A stretch of 64,000 bases of DNA from an uncultured Chloroflexia bacterium. GTDB lineage: Bacteria; Chloroflexota; Limnocylindria; Limnocylindrales; CSP1-4. Below the pieces are notes generated by a model. That model searched no databases. It worked only from the letters and a program-made list of their open reading frames with translations, and was not told the origin of the DNA. Of this stretch, positions 37,758 to 47,500 are shown one piece after another (the first letter of the stretch is position 1; each line of letters begins with the position of its first letter). The translations under genes were made by a program, and so were the position numbers. The DNA lies in the NCBI GenBank assembly GCA_963768655.1, contig CAVYIM010000007.1, forward strand, positions 224,001 through 288,000. Reading direction: 5' to 3'.

Positions 37758-37970
37758 CAAGCCGCATTTCCTCCGCATCGTCCCGTCCGCCGCGTCCGCG
37801 GCGCTGCCGAAAGACGCGGCGGGCCAGGACTGCGTGACGGACAGCCGTGCGCCAAACCGTCTGACTCAGGATACGCCCACTCGGCCAAGACCGAGGAAAC
37901 CGAGCCCGTCAGGGCATCGTGCGAGGCCGCGCCCGCCCCTCGCGCCAAGCACCTGGCGCTCTTCGCCGCC

Positions 37971-38414
37971 TCAGGAGAAGAGAACCGTCCCGAAGACATG
38001 GCGCCGACCCAGGGCGGTGATGGGGTCGTCGAAATGGACGCTGCCGGAAGCCTCGCGCTCGTACGTGCACAGCACCACCGTCGGGTCCCCGTCCCGGTGT
38101 TCCAGCCCTATGGCGATAGCCTCCGTCAAGCCGCCGCCCTCTTCCTTTGGCACCAACGCGTCCCAGCAGACCGCGCATGCCTTGATCGTGCCCGCTCGGG
38201 CCTGCAGACGGAACGTGGCGTACAAGGAATCGATGATCAGCGGATTGGACGGGTCCCGCAGCGTGGGGGCCACGTCGATCACCGCCAGCTGACCACTCGC
38301 CGCCAGCCGAGCGCCAAAGGGCCGGAACTCGCCGGTCTCCTCGAGCATCCGCTCCGCCAGGCCGAGCATGGGAGTGAGCAGTTCGTTGAAGTCCGTGCGG
38401 ATGCTCGGTTCCAT
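37971..38414 (-). CDS. Hypothetical protein
   Basis: AGGAG SD; LAERMLEETGEFRPFGA...AIAIGLEH pattern, high GC3. Confidence 0.7.
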   Translation of the reverse strand: MEPSIRTDFNELLTPMLGLAERMLEETGEFRPFGARLAASGQLAVIDVAPTLRDPSNPLIIDSLYATFRLQARAGTIKACAVCWDALVPKEEGGGLTEAIAIGLEHRDGDPTVVLCTYEREASGSVHFDDPITALGRRHVFGTVLFS

Positions 38415-38548
38415 GAGTCTCTCCTGCGCTTGCCCGGCCGGGCGGCCGGCCGCTGGCCGACCGGTAACTGCTTCCACGGAAGAAGTCGGCAGAAGAGCGC
38501 CACCCTCAAGCCGCGGCCCGTCAAACGCGGCTCCTCGGCTCGACGCCG

Positions 38549-39241
38549 TCAGGGCGCCTCGGTGCCGCGCGTGCCTCGTCGCAGGACGAGAACGGCGCCG
38601 CTTGCCGCAGTGGCCATCCCGGCAACGAAGAGCGGCCATGGGAACCAGCCCGGCAGGCCGCCGGCCATGATGCGGGGCGCGTCGGCCGTGAAGCTCAGCA
38701 CCACGAGAAGGCCGCCGACGAGTCCAAGCCCCACCTCGCGCCGCCCGGTGCCAAGGGCCACTCCGCTCTCTGCCCGGCGTGCGGCGGTCAATCCAAATCC
38801 AACGAGGGCGGCGCTCACCGCCACGGGCGCCCACACCGGCCCGATCCAGGGCACGGGAATCAAGAACAACACATCCCACGTCCCTGGCGAGTGTGGCCAG
38901 CCAACGAAGATCCACAGCCAAACGTAGTAGAAGATGTCCCACACGCCGAAGGCGACCGCAGCCCAGGCCAGCCGCTCGAGCCAGGTCCGTCCAGTCAGCC
39001 AGCCAATCCCCGCCAGCATGACCAGCGTGGCGAACTCACGGCCCACCTCGATCGCGGCCAGGTCGCCGACCACCTCCGGGCCGCGCAGCGGGAAGAGCTG
39101 ATCGGGCGTGATGCTCAGGGCGCGCTGCAGATAGACGACGACCGCCGCCTCCAGGTAAGCCATCGCCACCGCGAACACGACGACCGCAATCGCGGCGCTG
39201 CGGAAGCGCTCGGGCCGCCTGGCCACGGGGGCGCCGTCCAT
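38549..39241 (-). CDS. Hypothetical membrane protein
   Basis: MAYLEAAVVVYL, EVGREFATLVML, FGVWDIFYYVWL, WDVLFLIPVPW.GPV; about six TM helices. Confidence 0.8.
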   Translation of the reverse strand: MDGAPVARRPERFRSAAIAVVVFAVAMAYLEAAVVVYLQRALSITPDQLFPLRGPEVVGDLAAIEVGREFATLVMLAGIGWLTGRTWLERLAWAAVAFGVWDIFYYVWLWIFVGWPHSPGTWDVLFLIPVPWIGPVWAPVAVSAALVGFGLTAARRAESGVALGTGRREVGLGLVGGLLVVLSFTADAPRIMAGGLPGWFPWPLFVAGMATAASGAVLVLRRGTRGTEAP

Positions 39242-39395
39242 CAGTCCATCACGGCCCGGCGATGCCGTCGGGCGATCGTGTCCGCAAGGTTCCGGGAGCC
39301 GTCCGGGGCAGACGCCCGAGGGCTCCGCAGGATTGCCTCCTGCTTGTAGTTGAGCCGCGGCAAGGGCGTCCCTCCGGGCAAGGCGACCTGGGGTT

Positions 39396-39471
39396 TGGCG
39401 CCCCCGGCCGGACTCGAACCGACGACGCCCGCCTTAGGACGGCGGCGCTCTGTCCACTGAGCTACGGGGGC
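39396..39471 (-). tRNA. tRNA-Arg (CCT)
   Basis: 76-nt cloverleaf GCCCCCG...CGGGGGC-G-CCA; anticodon arm CCGCC-GTCCTAA-GGCGG. Confidence 0.95.
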
Positions 39472-39529
39472 CCGGACCGATGTTACCGCGTCCGCGGACA
39501 ACAACCACACCCTGCAGTGCGCCTCAGGC

Positions 39530-40393
39530 CTAGACCGCCGCCTCGAACCGATAGCGATCGCGATCGCGGACCAGGCAACCGACCGGGTGGAAAGGCTCAT
39601 GGGAGAGGACGATCGTCCAGTCCTCCTCGGTTGCGCGGGCGAACAGCGCCGCCTTGACGGCCACGGAGTCGAGGGGGAAGTCGTCGAACGCGGTGACCCA
39701 GCGCGGGTTCGCGCTCCAGGGCCGCATGAAGAGATCGCCAAGGAACGCGACCGTGATGTCCCGGCCGCGGATCAGGACTCCCTGGTGACCGGCCGAATGG
39801 CCGCCCGTCGGCATGACGCTGACGCCGGGCAGGATCTCGGCCTCCCCGTCCGCGGCCCCGCGCAGCCCCAGATCGCGCACCAACCGCAGCTCTGGCTGGT
39901 CGTAGCTGGCCACCAGGCGCGGATTGCCCCCCATGGCGATCTCCCACTCGGCCAGCTGGGCGACGAACCTGGCTCGGGGGAAGGCCAGGTCTCCGTTCGC
40001 GCGCAGCAGGCCGCCTGCATGGTCGAAGTGGAGGTGACTCACCGCCACAGCATCGACCGAACCCGGGTCGAAGCCCGCGTTCTCGAGCGCCGGGACGATC
40101 CATGGGCCCTCGTACGCCCGCATCGTCCGAACCTTGTCGCTGACCCGCTCTCCGATGCCGGTCTCGACGAGCACTCGACCGGCGGGCGTCTCCACGAGCA
40201 GGCAGTTGAGCGCCTGCAGGATGCGGTGTTGGTCGTCGATCTCCGGGGCGACCAGGTCGTTCCACATCATGCGCGGCACCACACCCAGCAGAGCGCCCGC
40301 ATCCGAGCGGAACTGGCCCGCCTGGATCAGCGCGACTCTTGTTCCTCCGCCCAGCTCGGCCGACCAGTGGACGGAGTCGTTGAGCGTCGTCAT
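39530..40393 (-). CDS. MBL-fold metallo-hydrolase (YtnP/AHL-lactonase-like)
   Basis: [29 protein letters not shown]; ATG overlaps the dcd stop. Confidence 0.88.
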   Translation of the reverse strand: MTTLNDSVHWSAELGGGTRVALIQAGQFRSDAGALLGVVPRMMWNDLVAPEIDDQHRILQALNCLLVETPAGRVLVETGIGERVSDKVRTMRAYEGPWIVPALENAGFDPGSVDAVAVSHLHFDHAGGLLRANGDLAFPRARFVAQLAEWEIAMGGNPRLVASYDQPELRLVRDLGLRGAADGEAEILPGVSVMPTGGHSAGHQGVLIRGRDITVAFLGDLFMRPWSANPRWVTAFDDFPLDSVAVKAALFARATEEDWTIVLSHEPFHPVGCLVRDRDRYRFEAAV

Positions 40394-40995
40394 CGCTTCC
40401 TCCTGGGCGCCGCTAGGGTTCGACGACCTCGCTCGAAGTCCTCGAAGAACGCCGAGGCCGTCGGCTCGGCCTGGCCCTGGTATTTCGACCCCAGGCCCGC
40501 CGAGCCGTAGGGCCGCTCGACCGGACTGGACATGGTCAGGAAGCTGATCTGCCCGATCTTCATGCCGGAGTAGAGCGCGATCGGCAGCTTCGCGACGTTC
40601 GACAGCTCGAGCGTGAGCTTGCCTTTCCAGCCGGGGTCGACATAACCGGCGGTCGAATGGATGAGCAGGCCGAGGCGTCCAAGCGACGACTTGCCCTCCA
40701 GCCGAGCCACCAGGTCGTCCGGCAGCTCGACCCACTCGAGCGTCTGGCCCAGCACGAACTCGCCGGGGTGCAGCACGAACGCCTCGTTGTCGGCCACCGT
40801 CAGAAGCTCCGTGAGATCCGGTTGCGCGGACCTGACGTCGATGTACGGATAGCGGTTGTTGCGAAAGACCCGGAAGCTGTGATCCAGGTGCAGATCGATG
40901 GAAGACGGCTGCAGATCCGCCCGATCGTAAGGCGCGATCTTGATCCGGCCGGCCGCCAGGGCGACCGCGATGTCGCGGTCGGAGAGGACGCTCAC
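40390..40995 (-). CDS. dcd: dCTP deaminase
   Basis: [51 protein letters not shown]. Confidence 0.96.
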   Translation of the reverse strand: MSVLSDRDIAVALAAGRIKIAPYDRADLQPSSIDLHLDHSFRVFRNNRYPYIDVRSAQPDLTELLTVADNEAFVLHPGEFVLGQTLEWVELPDDLVARLEGKSSLGRLGLLIHSTAGYVDPGWKGKLTLELSNVAKLPIALYSGMKIGQISFLTMSSPVERPYGSAGLGSKYQGQAEPTASAFFEDFERGRRTLAAPRRKR

Positions 40996-41465
40996 TTGAC
41001 CGTGGCCCCGCTTTCGCGCTGGGCGTAGAGGTTATCCACCTCGCGCTTCAGGGCCTCCAGGTCTTCGAAGCTCTGATACACGCTGGCGAATCTGATATAG
41101 GCAATCTGGTCGATGGCTCTCAGCTTCTCCATGGCCAGCCGGCCGACCTCCGAGGATTCGACCTCGGAGGAGCCAGACGCCCGCAGCTCGGCCTCGATCT
41201 GGTCCGCGGCGCGGTCCGAGGCGTCCTCCGCCACGGGCCGGCGCACCAGGGCCTTGCGCAACCCCAACGCCAGCTTCTCGCGATCGAATTCCTCGCGGGA
41301 GCCGTTGCGCTTGATGATGACCAGGCGCGGGGCCTCGATCCGCTCGTTCGTGGTGAATCGGGCGGAACAGGCCGAGCACTCGCGGCGGCGCCTGATGCTG
41401 ACCTCGTCGAGGTCTCGCGAGTCAATGACCCGGGTTTCGCGTTCGCCGCATCGCGGACAGCGCAT
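40992..41465 (-). CDS. nrdR: Transcriptional repressor NrdR
   Basis: [29 protein letters not shown] cone, AYIRFASVY. Confidence 0.96.
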   Translation of the reverse strand: MRCPRCGERETRVIDSRDLDEVSIRRRRECSACSARFTTNERIEAPRLVIIKRNGSREEFDREKLALGLRKALVRRPVAEDASDRAADQIEAELRASGSSEVESSEVGRLAMEKLRAIDQIAYIRFASVYQSFEDLEALKREVDNLYAQRESGATVK

Positions 41466-41578
41466 CGGCTCCGTCTCCTCCGCCACGACGCCCGTGGCCT
41501 GCCGTGGAGGATATCACCGCGGGTCTGCCGGCCCGGAGCCCCGGTCGCGCCGCCGCCCGCGCCGCGTGGAGGCTCAGC

Positions 41579-42118
41579 TCACCCGCCCCAGCTCGAATGA
41601 CTCGCCTGGGAGATCTGGACTATCGTCTCGCGCCGCTCTCGGATCGCCTCGCGGGCGTGGACCAGGTTGAGATAGCCCCGCTTCACCGAAGTCTCCCCCT
41701 CACCCCAATCGACGCCGCTAACGTCCGCCAGCAGCTCGCCCCCATGCGCGACCAGGTCTATGGCCCGCTGGGCGCGTTCCATGTCTGCCACCAGGGCCGC
41801 GGCCGTGGTCGCCCAGGGTCCGTTTCGGCTGAGTGTCGTGGCATCCTGGATGTAGCGCCCCAGGGCATCCTGCGCGGCCGCCATCTTCGGCTGGGCGTCC
41901 TCGGGCGCGATCTTGCGCCGTCGCATCTCGTCCACCACGACCAGCAGGTCCCCCAGAAGAGTCTCAGAACGGCGGGCCATCTCGGCCGCCGCCACGCCCG
42001 ATGCCGTGTCGCGTCGCACCCGGCCGCCCGCGACCACGACTCGCCAGAGCAGCCATAGAATGGCGGCACCCATGACGAAGAAGATCGCGAGCGGTAGTAA
42101 GACTCTCGCTTCGGGCAC
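41579..42118 (-). CDS. Hypothetical membrane-anchored helical protein
   Basis: N-terminal TM helix, then helical body; coding-like GC3. Confidence 0.65.
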   Translation of the reverse strand: MPEARVLLPLAIFFVMGAAILWLLWRVVVAGGRVRRDTASGVAAAEMARRSETLLGDLLVVVDEMRRRKIAPEDAQPKMAAAQDALGRYIQDATTLSRNGPWATTAAALVADMERAQRAIDLVAHGGELLADVSGVDWGEGETSVKRGYLNLVHAREAIRERRETIVQISQASHSSWGG

Positions 42119-42275
42119 GGCTCAATCCTTCGCTTGAAAGCGCGCCGCTAAATCTAACGATCCTTCTCAGCTGCGACCCGCCCCAAGATGAACCCGCCGC
42201 CCGCCCCAAACGTACTACCCGTCCTGCCGCCCGAGCCGCTTCGAACCGTCTGCGTGGCTCCCCAGTGGACGGGTT

Positions 42276-42926
42276 CTACGAGCCGAACCGGCGCGGCGGA
42301 ATGCGACCGCCGGACCCGCGCGACGGCCCCGAGATTCGGCCGGCGACCCGTGCGCCCCTCGGGGGCCTGGGGCCCGGCCCGGAGCTTGCTTCCGGGGGGC
42401 GTTGCCACGTATCGCTCTCGCCGCCCGAGCGTGAGAGCAGCTTGATGCCCCGCACGGCGGCCGAAGGGTCCACATCCCGGACCATGTCGTACACCGTGAG
42501 AGCCGCCACTGCCGCCGCCGTCAGAGCTTCCATCTCGACGCCACCGGGGCCGATCGCCGCCGTCTCCACGCGGATGCGGATCAGGCCGGCAGCTCTGTCC
42601 GGTACGCCGCGAACGAGCAGATCGGTCAGGGCCACGGGATGGCAGAGCGGAATCAGGTCGCTGGTGCGCTTGCCGGCCATGACGCCGGCCAACTCGGCCA
42701 CGCTCAGGACGTCGCCCTTCGGGTTCGTGCCGTCGACGATGGCGCTCAGCGTCTCTTGAGAGACCGCTACCTCCGCCTCGGCGACCGCGCGCCGCGCGCT
42801 GACAGGCTGGTCGGTCACGTCCGCCATTCGTGGCCTGCCCGCACGATCGACGTGCCCGCCCCGCCGCCGCTCCGCGCGTGAACCGTCTTCGAAGCCGCTC
42901 TCTCCCGGCTTGCCGTCGACACTCAT
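42276..42926 (-). CDS. moaC: Cyclic pyranopterin monophosphate synthase MoaC
   Basis: HVD..G.PRMADV, KGDVL..AELAG..AGKRTSDLIPLCHP, GVEMEALTA, LTVYDM. Confidence 0.93.
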   Translation of the reverse strand: MSVDGKPGESGFEDGSRAERRRGGHVDRAGRPRMADVTDQPVSARRAVAEAEVAVSQETLSAIVDGTNPKGDVLSVAELAGVMAGKRTSDLIPLCHPVALTDLLVRGVPDRAAGLIRIRVETAAIGPGGVEMEALTAAAVAALTVYDMVRDVDPSAAVRGIKLLSRSGGESDTWQRPPEASSGPGPRPPRGARVAGRISGPSRGSGGRIPPRRFGS

Positions 42927-42947
42927 CAGGCCCTCACCTCTGCACGC

Positions 42948-44249
42948 TCATCGATCGCGAGGCTCGTCCGACGAACCCCCGGGTAAATCCTCAGGGCCGG
43001 CCGGCGGGCCGGGCGCTGCCGGCGGTCCCGGCGGTCCCGGTGGCGCCGGTGGAGTCCGACGCCCGGGGAACCGGGCAACCTGCAGCAGCGCCCGCGACGC
43101 CAGCGCCTGCTGCGTGGCTCGTTCACGAATGAGCAGCGAGATCGATCGACGTGTGAGCAGCGCCGAGACGTGCTCGCCGGTCCCGATCAGAAGCCCATCG
43201 AGGCCGGACCGCTCGAGTACCTCCAGCGCCGGCCACAGATCGGAGTCGCCGCGCGCCCAGGGCACGCTCCGGAGCGGGACCATGGCCTGCTCGGTCCGCA
43301 TCGCCGGCCAGTTGCGGCGCGGTATCCGCTTTATCTGCGCCGTTCCGATCAGCCCCAGCAACTCCTCGCCGCGCTCCACGAGCGCCGCGCCGCCGAGCCT
43401 CTCGCCCAGATACTCGCCGGCGAACACGTCGAGGGTCAGCTGCGGCGGGATCCTGGCCGTATCGGAGTCGGCCGCGTCCGAGACGTGCGCCCCCGCGACG
43501 AGCCCCTGCAGGAAGAGGCGGCGATCGAGAAGGCGGCTCGAACCCACGAGCAGCCAACCGGCGACGAGCAGCGCCAGCCCTGGCCAGAGGTCCACGAAGA
43601 CGACCACGACCACACCCAGGGTCATGACGCCGATGCCGACCATTCGGCCGACCCGGCTGGCGACCCTGGTCGCGACTTCGTCGCGCCCCGATCTTGCCCA
43701 CGCGATGGCGTGGACAATTCGGGCGCCGTCCATGGGATAACCGGGGATCAGGTTGGTCACCGCCAGGAAGAGGTTGAACAGCGCCAGCACCTCGCACACG
43801 AAGGTCACGGCCGCAACGCTGTCCGGCACGTTGCTCGAGTTGCCCCAGCCGATCTCTAGGACGCCGGCAACCGTGCCGAACGCCAGGACGAGAACCACAC
43901 TCACGAACGGACCGGCCAGCGCCGCCCTCAACTCCTGACCCCAATTGCGGGGCCGAGCCTCCATTAGATACGTGCCGCCCAGCAACTGGATTACCACCAC
44001 GTTGGCGCCGATTCCGTTGCGCCGCGCGACCAGGACGTGAGCCAGCTCGTGAACTATCACCGACGCGAAGACCAGCACGGCCGTCACGACCGCCGAGCCC
44101 CAGGCCCAGGCCATGTCGCTGCCGGTAGTCGCCTGAGCCGCCAGTCCCTCTCCCAGGACCACCGTGATGAGCGCGAGGAGGAATATCCACGTCCAATGAG
44201 CTCGGATCTCGGTCCCGAAGACACGGCCCAACGGGACCCCGGAGTTCAT
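42948..44249 (-). CDS. Site-2 protease (M50) with CBS-like C-terminus
   Basis: HELAH in TM, ALAGP, NLIPGYPMDGARI. Confidence 0.9.
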   Translation of the reverse strand: MNSGVPLGRVFGTEIRAHWTWIFLLALITVVLGEGLAAQATTGSDMAWAWGSAVVTAVLVFASVIVHELAHVLVARRNGIGANVVVIQLLGGTYLMEARPRNWGQELRAALAGPFVSVVLVLAFGTVAGVLEIGWGNSSNVPDSVAAVTFVCEVLALFNLFLAVTNLIPGYPMDGARIVHAIAWARSGRDEVATRVASRVGRMVGIGVMTLGVVVVVFVDLWPGLALLVAGWLLVGSSRLLDRRLFLQGLVAGAHVSDAADSDTARIPPQLTLDVFAGEYLGERLGGAALVERGEELLGLIGTAQIKRIPRRNWPAMRTEQAMVPLRSVPWARGDSDLWPALEVLERSGLDGLLIGTGEHVSALLTRRSISLLIRERATQQALASRALLQVARFPGRRTPPAPPGPPGPPAAPGPPAGPEDLPGGSSDEPRDR

Positions 44250-44959
44250 TTCGAGACTTCCGGCGGCGTCACCGCGGAAGACGCGGCCCGTGGCGTCGGG
44301 ACGGCGAAACCGGTTCGTCCGGCGATCCGACCCGCGCCGGCGACGACCACGAGCGCCAGTGCCAGCACGGCCAGCGCGATCGCAACGCTCGTCTCGGACC
44401 AGAACTGATCCGGGAACAGCTGCACGAGCTTCTCGGTCCGGACATCGAACATGTACGTGCCCGGTGCGAAGAAGATCTCATGGAACAGCTGGAAGGCCTG
44501 GTCGAAGAACAACGCGAAGGCCAGGCCGACTACCACGACGCCGCCCACCAGCAGCTTTCCGCCCGCTTCCACGGCCCGCCAGAACCACGCCGCGCCCCGA
44601 CTCGCGAGTCCAAATAGCACCAGGACAAGCGCGGCAATGAGTGCCACCAGCCCTAGGTTCAGGAGCACGGTGCGGACGTCGGCCATGTGGCTCCGTTCGG
44701 CGACGTCAAGGACCGGCGCGCCGTTGACGGTCACGGCGAAGTTCGGCGGCCCGAAGACGAGATCGGAGAGGATGCTGCCGGTGACTTGGCTGACCTGCGC
44801 GGGCGTGTAGCCGGTCAGTTGGGACACGTCGCTTCGGCCCTGATCGAAGCCAACCCAGATCGGGTTGAGAAAGAGGAGCACGGCCACGGCGACCGTGACA
44901 CACGGCGTGGCCAGCACGACGAGCACGGTGCCGAGCGCCTGGGCAAGTGGGAATCTCAC
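44246..44959 (-). CDS. Integral membrane protein (TIGR01906/DUF1461-like)
   Basis: ERSHMADVR, FDQAFQLFHEIFF, LVQLFP.QFW; GTG 6 nt after TACGAT. Confidence 0.8.
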   Translation of the reverse strand: MRFPLAQALGTVLVVLATPCVTVAVAVLLFLNPIWVGFDQGRSDVSQLTGYTPAQVSQVTGSILSDLVFGPPNFAVTVNGAPVLDVAERSHMADVRTVLLNLGLVALIAALVLVLFGLASRGAAWFWRAVEAGGKLLVGGVVVVGLAFALFFDQAFQLFHEIFFAPGTYMFDVRTEKLVQLFPDQFWSETSVAIALAVLALALVVVAGAGRIAGRTGFAVPTPRAASSAVTPPEVSK

Positions 44960-45002
44960 CCGTCAATCGTACCGCTCCCGGGCGGCGGCGCCTCAGCCCG
45001 GC

Positions 45003-46556
45003 TCAACTCGCCGAAACGGTCAGCGCCGAGGCTTCACGCCGGACGATCGCCCAGACCCGTTCGAGGTCCGCGTCTTCCGTCCGGAGATTGGCCAGAGCCA
45101 CTCGGATCGTGAACCGGCCCCGCAGGCGCGTGTGGGACAGGAAGACCTCGCCGGTCCGGTTGATGGCGTCCATTAGAGCCACGTTCATGCGATCGAGCTC
45201 CTGGGCGACCGCGGGCTCGTCCTCCCGGCCCGCCAGCGATGGCGGCCTGTAGCGGAAGCAGATCGTTGAGAACGGCACCGGCGCGAGCCGCTCGAAGTCG
45301 GGAGCCCCGTCGATCCAGGTGGCGAAACGCTCGCCCAGCTCGAGGTGGTAGGAAATCCTCCGCCGCAGGCCCTCGAGGCCGAAATAGCGGAGCAGCATCC
45401 ACAGCTTCAGGGCCCGGAAGCGCCGGCCCAGCGTAGGCGTGTACTCGTTGTAGTCGCGGATCGGGCCCTGGCGATCGAGAGTGCGCAGGTACTCAGGCAC
45501 GAGACTGAAGGCGTCGCGCAGAACCGGCATGCGCGTCGTCAGCAGGACCGACGCATCCACCGGCGAGAAGAACCATTTGTGCGGGTTCGTGACCACGGAA
45601 TCCGCGCGCTCCCAGCCGGCGAACTGGCCGCGCCGTTCCGGAATCAGTGCCACGGCGCCCGCGTGAGCGGCATCGACGTGGAGCCAGATGCCTTCCCGGG
45701 CGGCGACGTCGGCCATGCCCGGGATCGGGTCGATGGACGTGGTCGAGGTCGTCCCGATGGTCCCGACGAGCGCGATGGGCAGGACGCCGGCCTTCTGGTC
45801 TGCCGCGATCGCCTCCTCGAGAGCGTCAAGGCGCAGCTCGAACCGATCGTTCGTCGGGATCTTCGTCAAGCCGGCCTGACCGAGCCCGAGTGTCATGGCG
45901 GCCTTCTCGATCGAAGAGTGCGCCTCTGCCGAGGCGTACACGCGCAGCTGCGGGACGTCCGCCCGGCCCGGCAATCCCTTCGCCGCGGCGTCCACTCCGG
46001 CCGCCTGGCGGGCCGCGGCCAGCGCCAGGAGCGACGACGTAGAGGCCGTATCGGTCAGGAGGCCGTCGAATGCCGCCGGCAGGCCAAGGGCCTGGCGGAA
46101 CCAGTCGACCACGACCTCTTCGAGCTCGGTCCCGGCCGGGCTCGTGCGCCACAGCATGACATTCGAGTTCAGGACCGCCGTCAGCATCTCGCCGATGATC
46201 CCGGGCCCAGACGCGGCGCTGCTGAAGTACGCCAGGAAGCGCGGATGCTGCCAGTGCGTGATGTTCGGCTCGATCAGGCGTTGATAGTCCGCGAGGATGG
46301 TCTCGATCGGCTCGGGCGACTCCGGTGGCGCGGCCGGAAAGAGCGGCCGCAGCGATCCGGGCTCGACGGCCGGCATCACGTCTCGCTCCCCTACCCCCTC
46401 GAGGTAGTCGGCCATGATGTCGACGGCGGCGTGCGCGGCAGCCCGGAAGTCAACCGGCGCCATGTCTCCGAGGCCGGCTCGCTGCTGTTCGTCCAGTCCG
46501 CCCGCTTTGGGCGCTCGGCTTGTGTCGCGCCCGCTCAGTTCGTCCACGCTCGTCAC
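45003..46556 (-). CDS. PLP-dependent group II decarboxylase (aromatic-L-amino-acid decarboxylase-like)
   Basis: THWQHPRFLAYF, WRTSPAGTELE, AHSSIEKA, WLHVDAA, NPHKW, LGRRFRALKLW; start uncertain. Confidence 0.9.
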   Translation of the reverse strand: MTSVDELSGRDTSRAPKAGGLDEQQRAGLGDMAPVDFRAAAHAAVDIMADYLEGVGERDVMPAVEPGSLRPLFPAAPPESPEPIETILADYQRLIEPNITHWQHPRFLAYFSSAASGPGIIGEMLTAVLNSNVMLWRTSPAGTELEEVVVDWFRQALGLPAAFDGLLTDTASTSSLLALAAARQAAGVDAAAKGLPGRADVPQLRVYASAEAHSSIEKAAMTLGLGQAGLTKIPTNDRFELRLDALEEAIAADQKAGVLPIALVGTIGTTSTTSIDPIPGMADVAAREGIWLHVDAAHAGAVALIPERRGQFAGWERADSVVTNPHKWFFSPVDASVLLTTRMPVLRDAFSLVPEYLRTLDRQGPIRDYNEYTPTLGRRFRALKLWMLLRYFGLEGLRRRISYHLELGERFATWIDGAPDFERLAPVPFSTICFRYRPPSLAGREDEPAVAQELDRMNVALMDAINRTGEVFLSHTRLRGRFTIRVALANLRTEDADLERVWAIVRREASALTVSAS

Positions 46557-46749
46557 TCGTCCAGGTTGGCTCGCCCGGCCGGTTGTATCGGCCTCAGCGA
46601 TCGAGTTTACCCTGGGCTGCGCGAGAGGCCTGGATCCGCCGGCCACGGGCCGCAGATGGCGGGACGGAGGAGCGCGACAAAGGGGGAGCGCGACAGACAA
46701 GAACCGGGCCGCGTCATCCGCGACCCGGTTCCGATCGCCCTGGCGAGGG

Positions 46750-46905
46750 TTACAGGCTGTGCCCGATGGTGCTCAGAATCGTGTTGATCTGGCCACTGAG
46801 GAAGATGAGGGCGGTGATCGCCAGGATCGCGATCAGGGCGAGGATCAGGGCGTATTCGGCGAGGCCCTGGCCTTCTGCCTTGCGGAGGAACATGAGCCAC
46901 CTCAT
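46750..46905 (-). CDS. flp: Flp family type IVb pilin
   Basis: Prepilin motif EGQGLAEYALILALIA followed by a hydrophobic helix; start ATG 46905 or TTG 46920. Confidence 0.88.
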   Translation of the reverse strand: MRWLMFLRKAEGQGLAEYALILALIAILAITALIFLSGQINTILSTIGHSL

Positions 46906-47080
46906 GAGTGCGTCGGCCAATTCGGCCAGGTGAGGCTTCGGCCCCCGGCTCAAGGGGCCGCATAGCACTTCGGGGTCAGGGCCGATAGCCCATCCGTGTG
47001 AGGCTCCCGGCCGTGGCGCCCGCGATCGCAAAGGTTCCGGGCCTGCATTCGGGGTCTGGCACAGCCCCGGTCTCCCGGAG

Positions 47081-47230
47081 CTACTGGTAGTAGCCGGTGA
47101 TATCGACGATCACTTGCGTCCTGGCTCCCGGGAGCCACCTACGACCAGGGTGACCTGACGTTCGGCCGTCCCCGAGCCGAGGGCGACGACACCGCCATTG
47201 GCGATCGTGGCGCCGCCGGTCGCCGCCGGA
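47081..47230 (-). pseudogene. Frameshifted C-terminal remnant of a surface beta-sandwich repeat protein
   Basis: ATIANGGVVALGSG...VTLVVGG, then after a 1-nt shift PGARTQVIVDITGYYQ*; resembles the AN...V...vivDv.GYf repeat of secreted proteins; no 5' part. Confidence 0.5.
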
Positions 47231-47321
47231 CGCTCGCCGCCGCAAGGGTCCGCGACGCAGCCGGCTGCTCCGCGGCGAACGGCAGGGCCGATCACAGGCT
47301 ACGGGACTGGGGTACCGACCC

Positions 47322-47356
47322 AGAACGAAGACCCCCGGACCGTATCCGGGGGCCTT
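47322..47356 (-). terminator. Intrinsic terminator after tRNA-Pro
   Basis: AAGGCCCCCGGA-TACGG-TCCGGGGGTCTT followed by CGTTCT. Confidence 0.75.
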
Positions 47357-47371
47357 CTCACGCTCAGTAGA

Positions 47372-47448
47372 TGGTCGGGGCGGAGCGATTCGAACGCTCG
47401 ACCGCCTGAACCCCATTCAGGTGCGCTACCAGGCTGCGCCACGCCCCG
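47372..47448 (-). tRNA. tRNA-Pro (GGG)
   Basis: 77-nt cloverleaf CGGGGCG...CGCCCCG-A-CCA; anticodon arm CCTGA-ATGGGGT-TCAGG; extended -10 TGCTATGCT upstream. Confidence 0.96.
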
Positions 47449-47500
47449 ATCGGCCGACAGCATAGCAGACCCGAGAAGAGGCTCAGCCCGCCGCAAAGGC

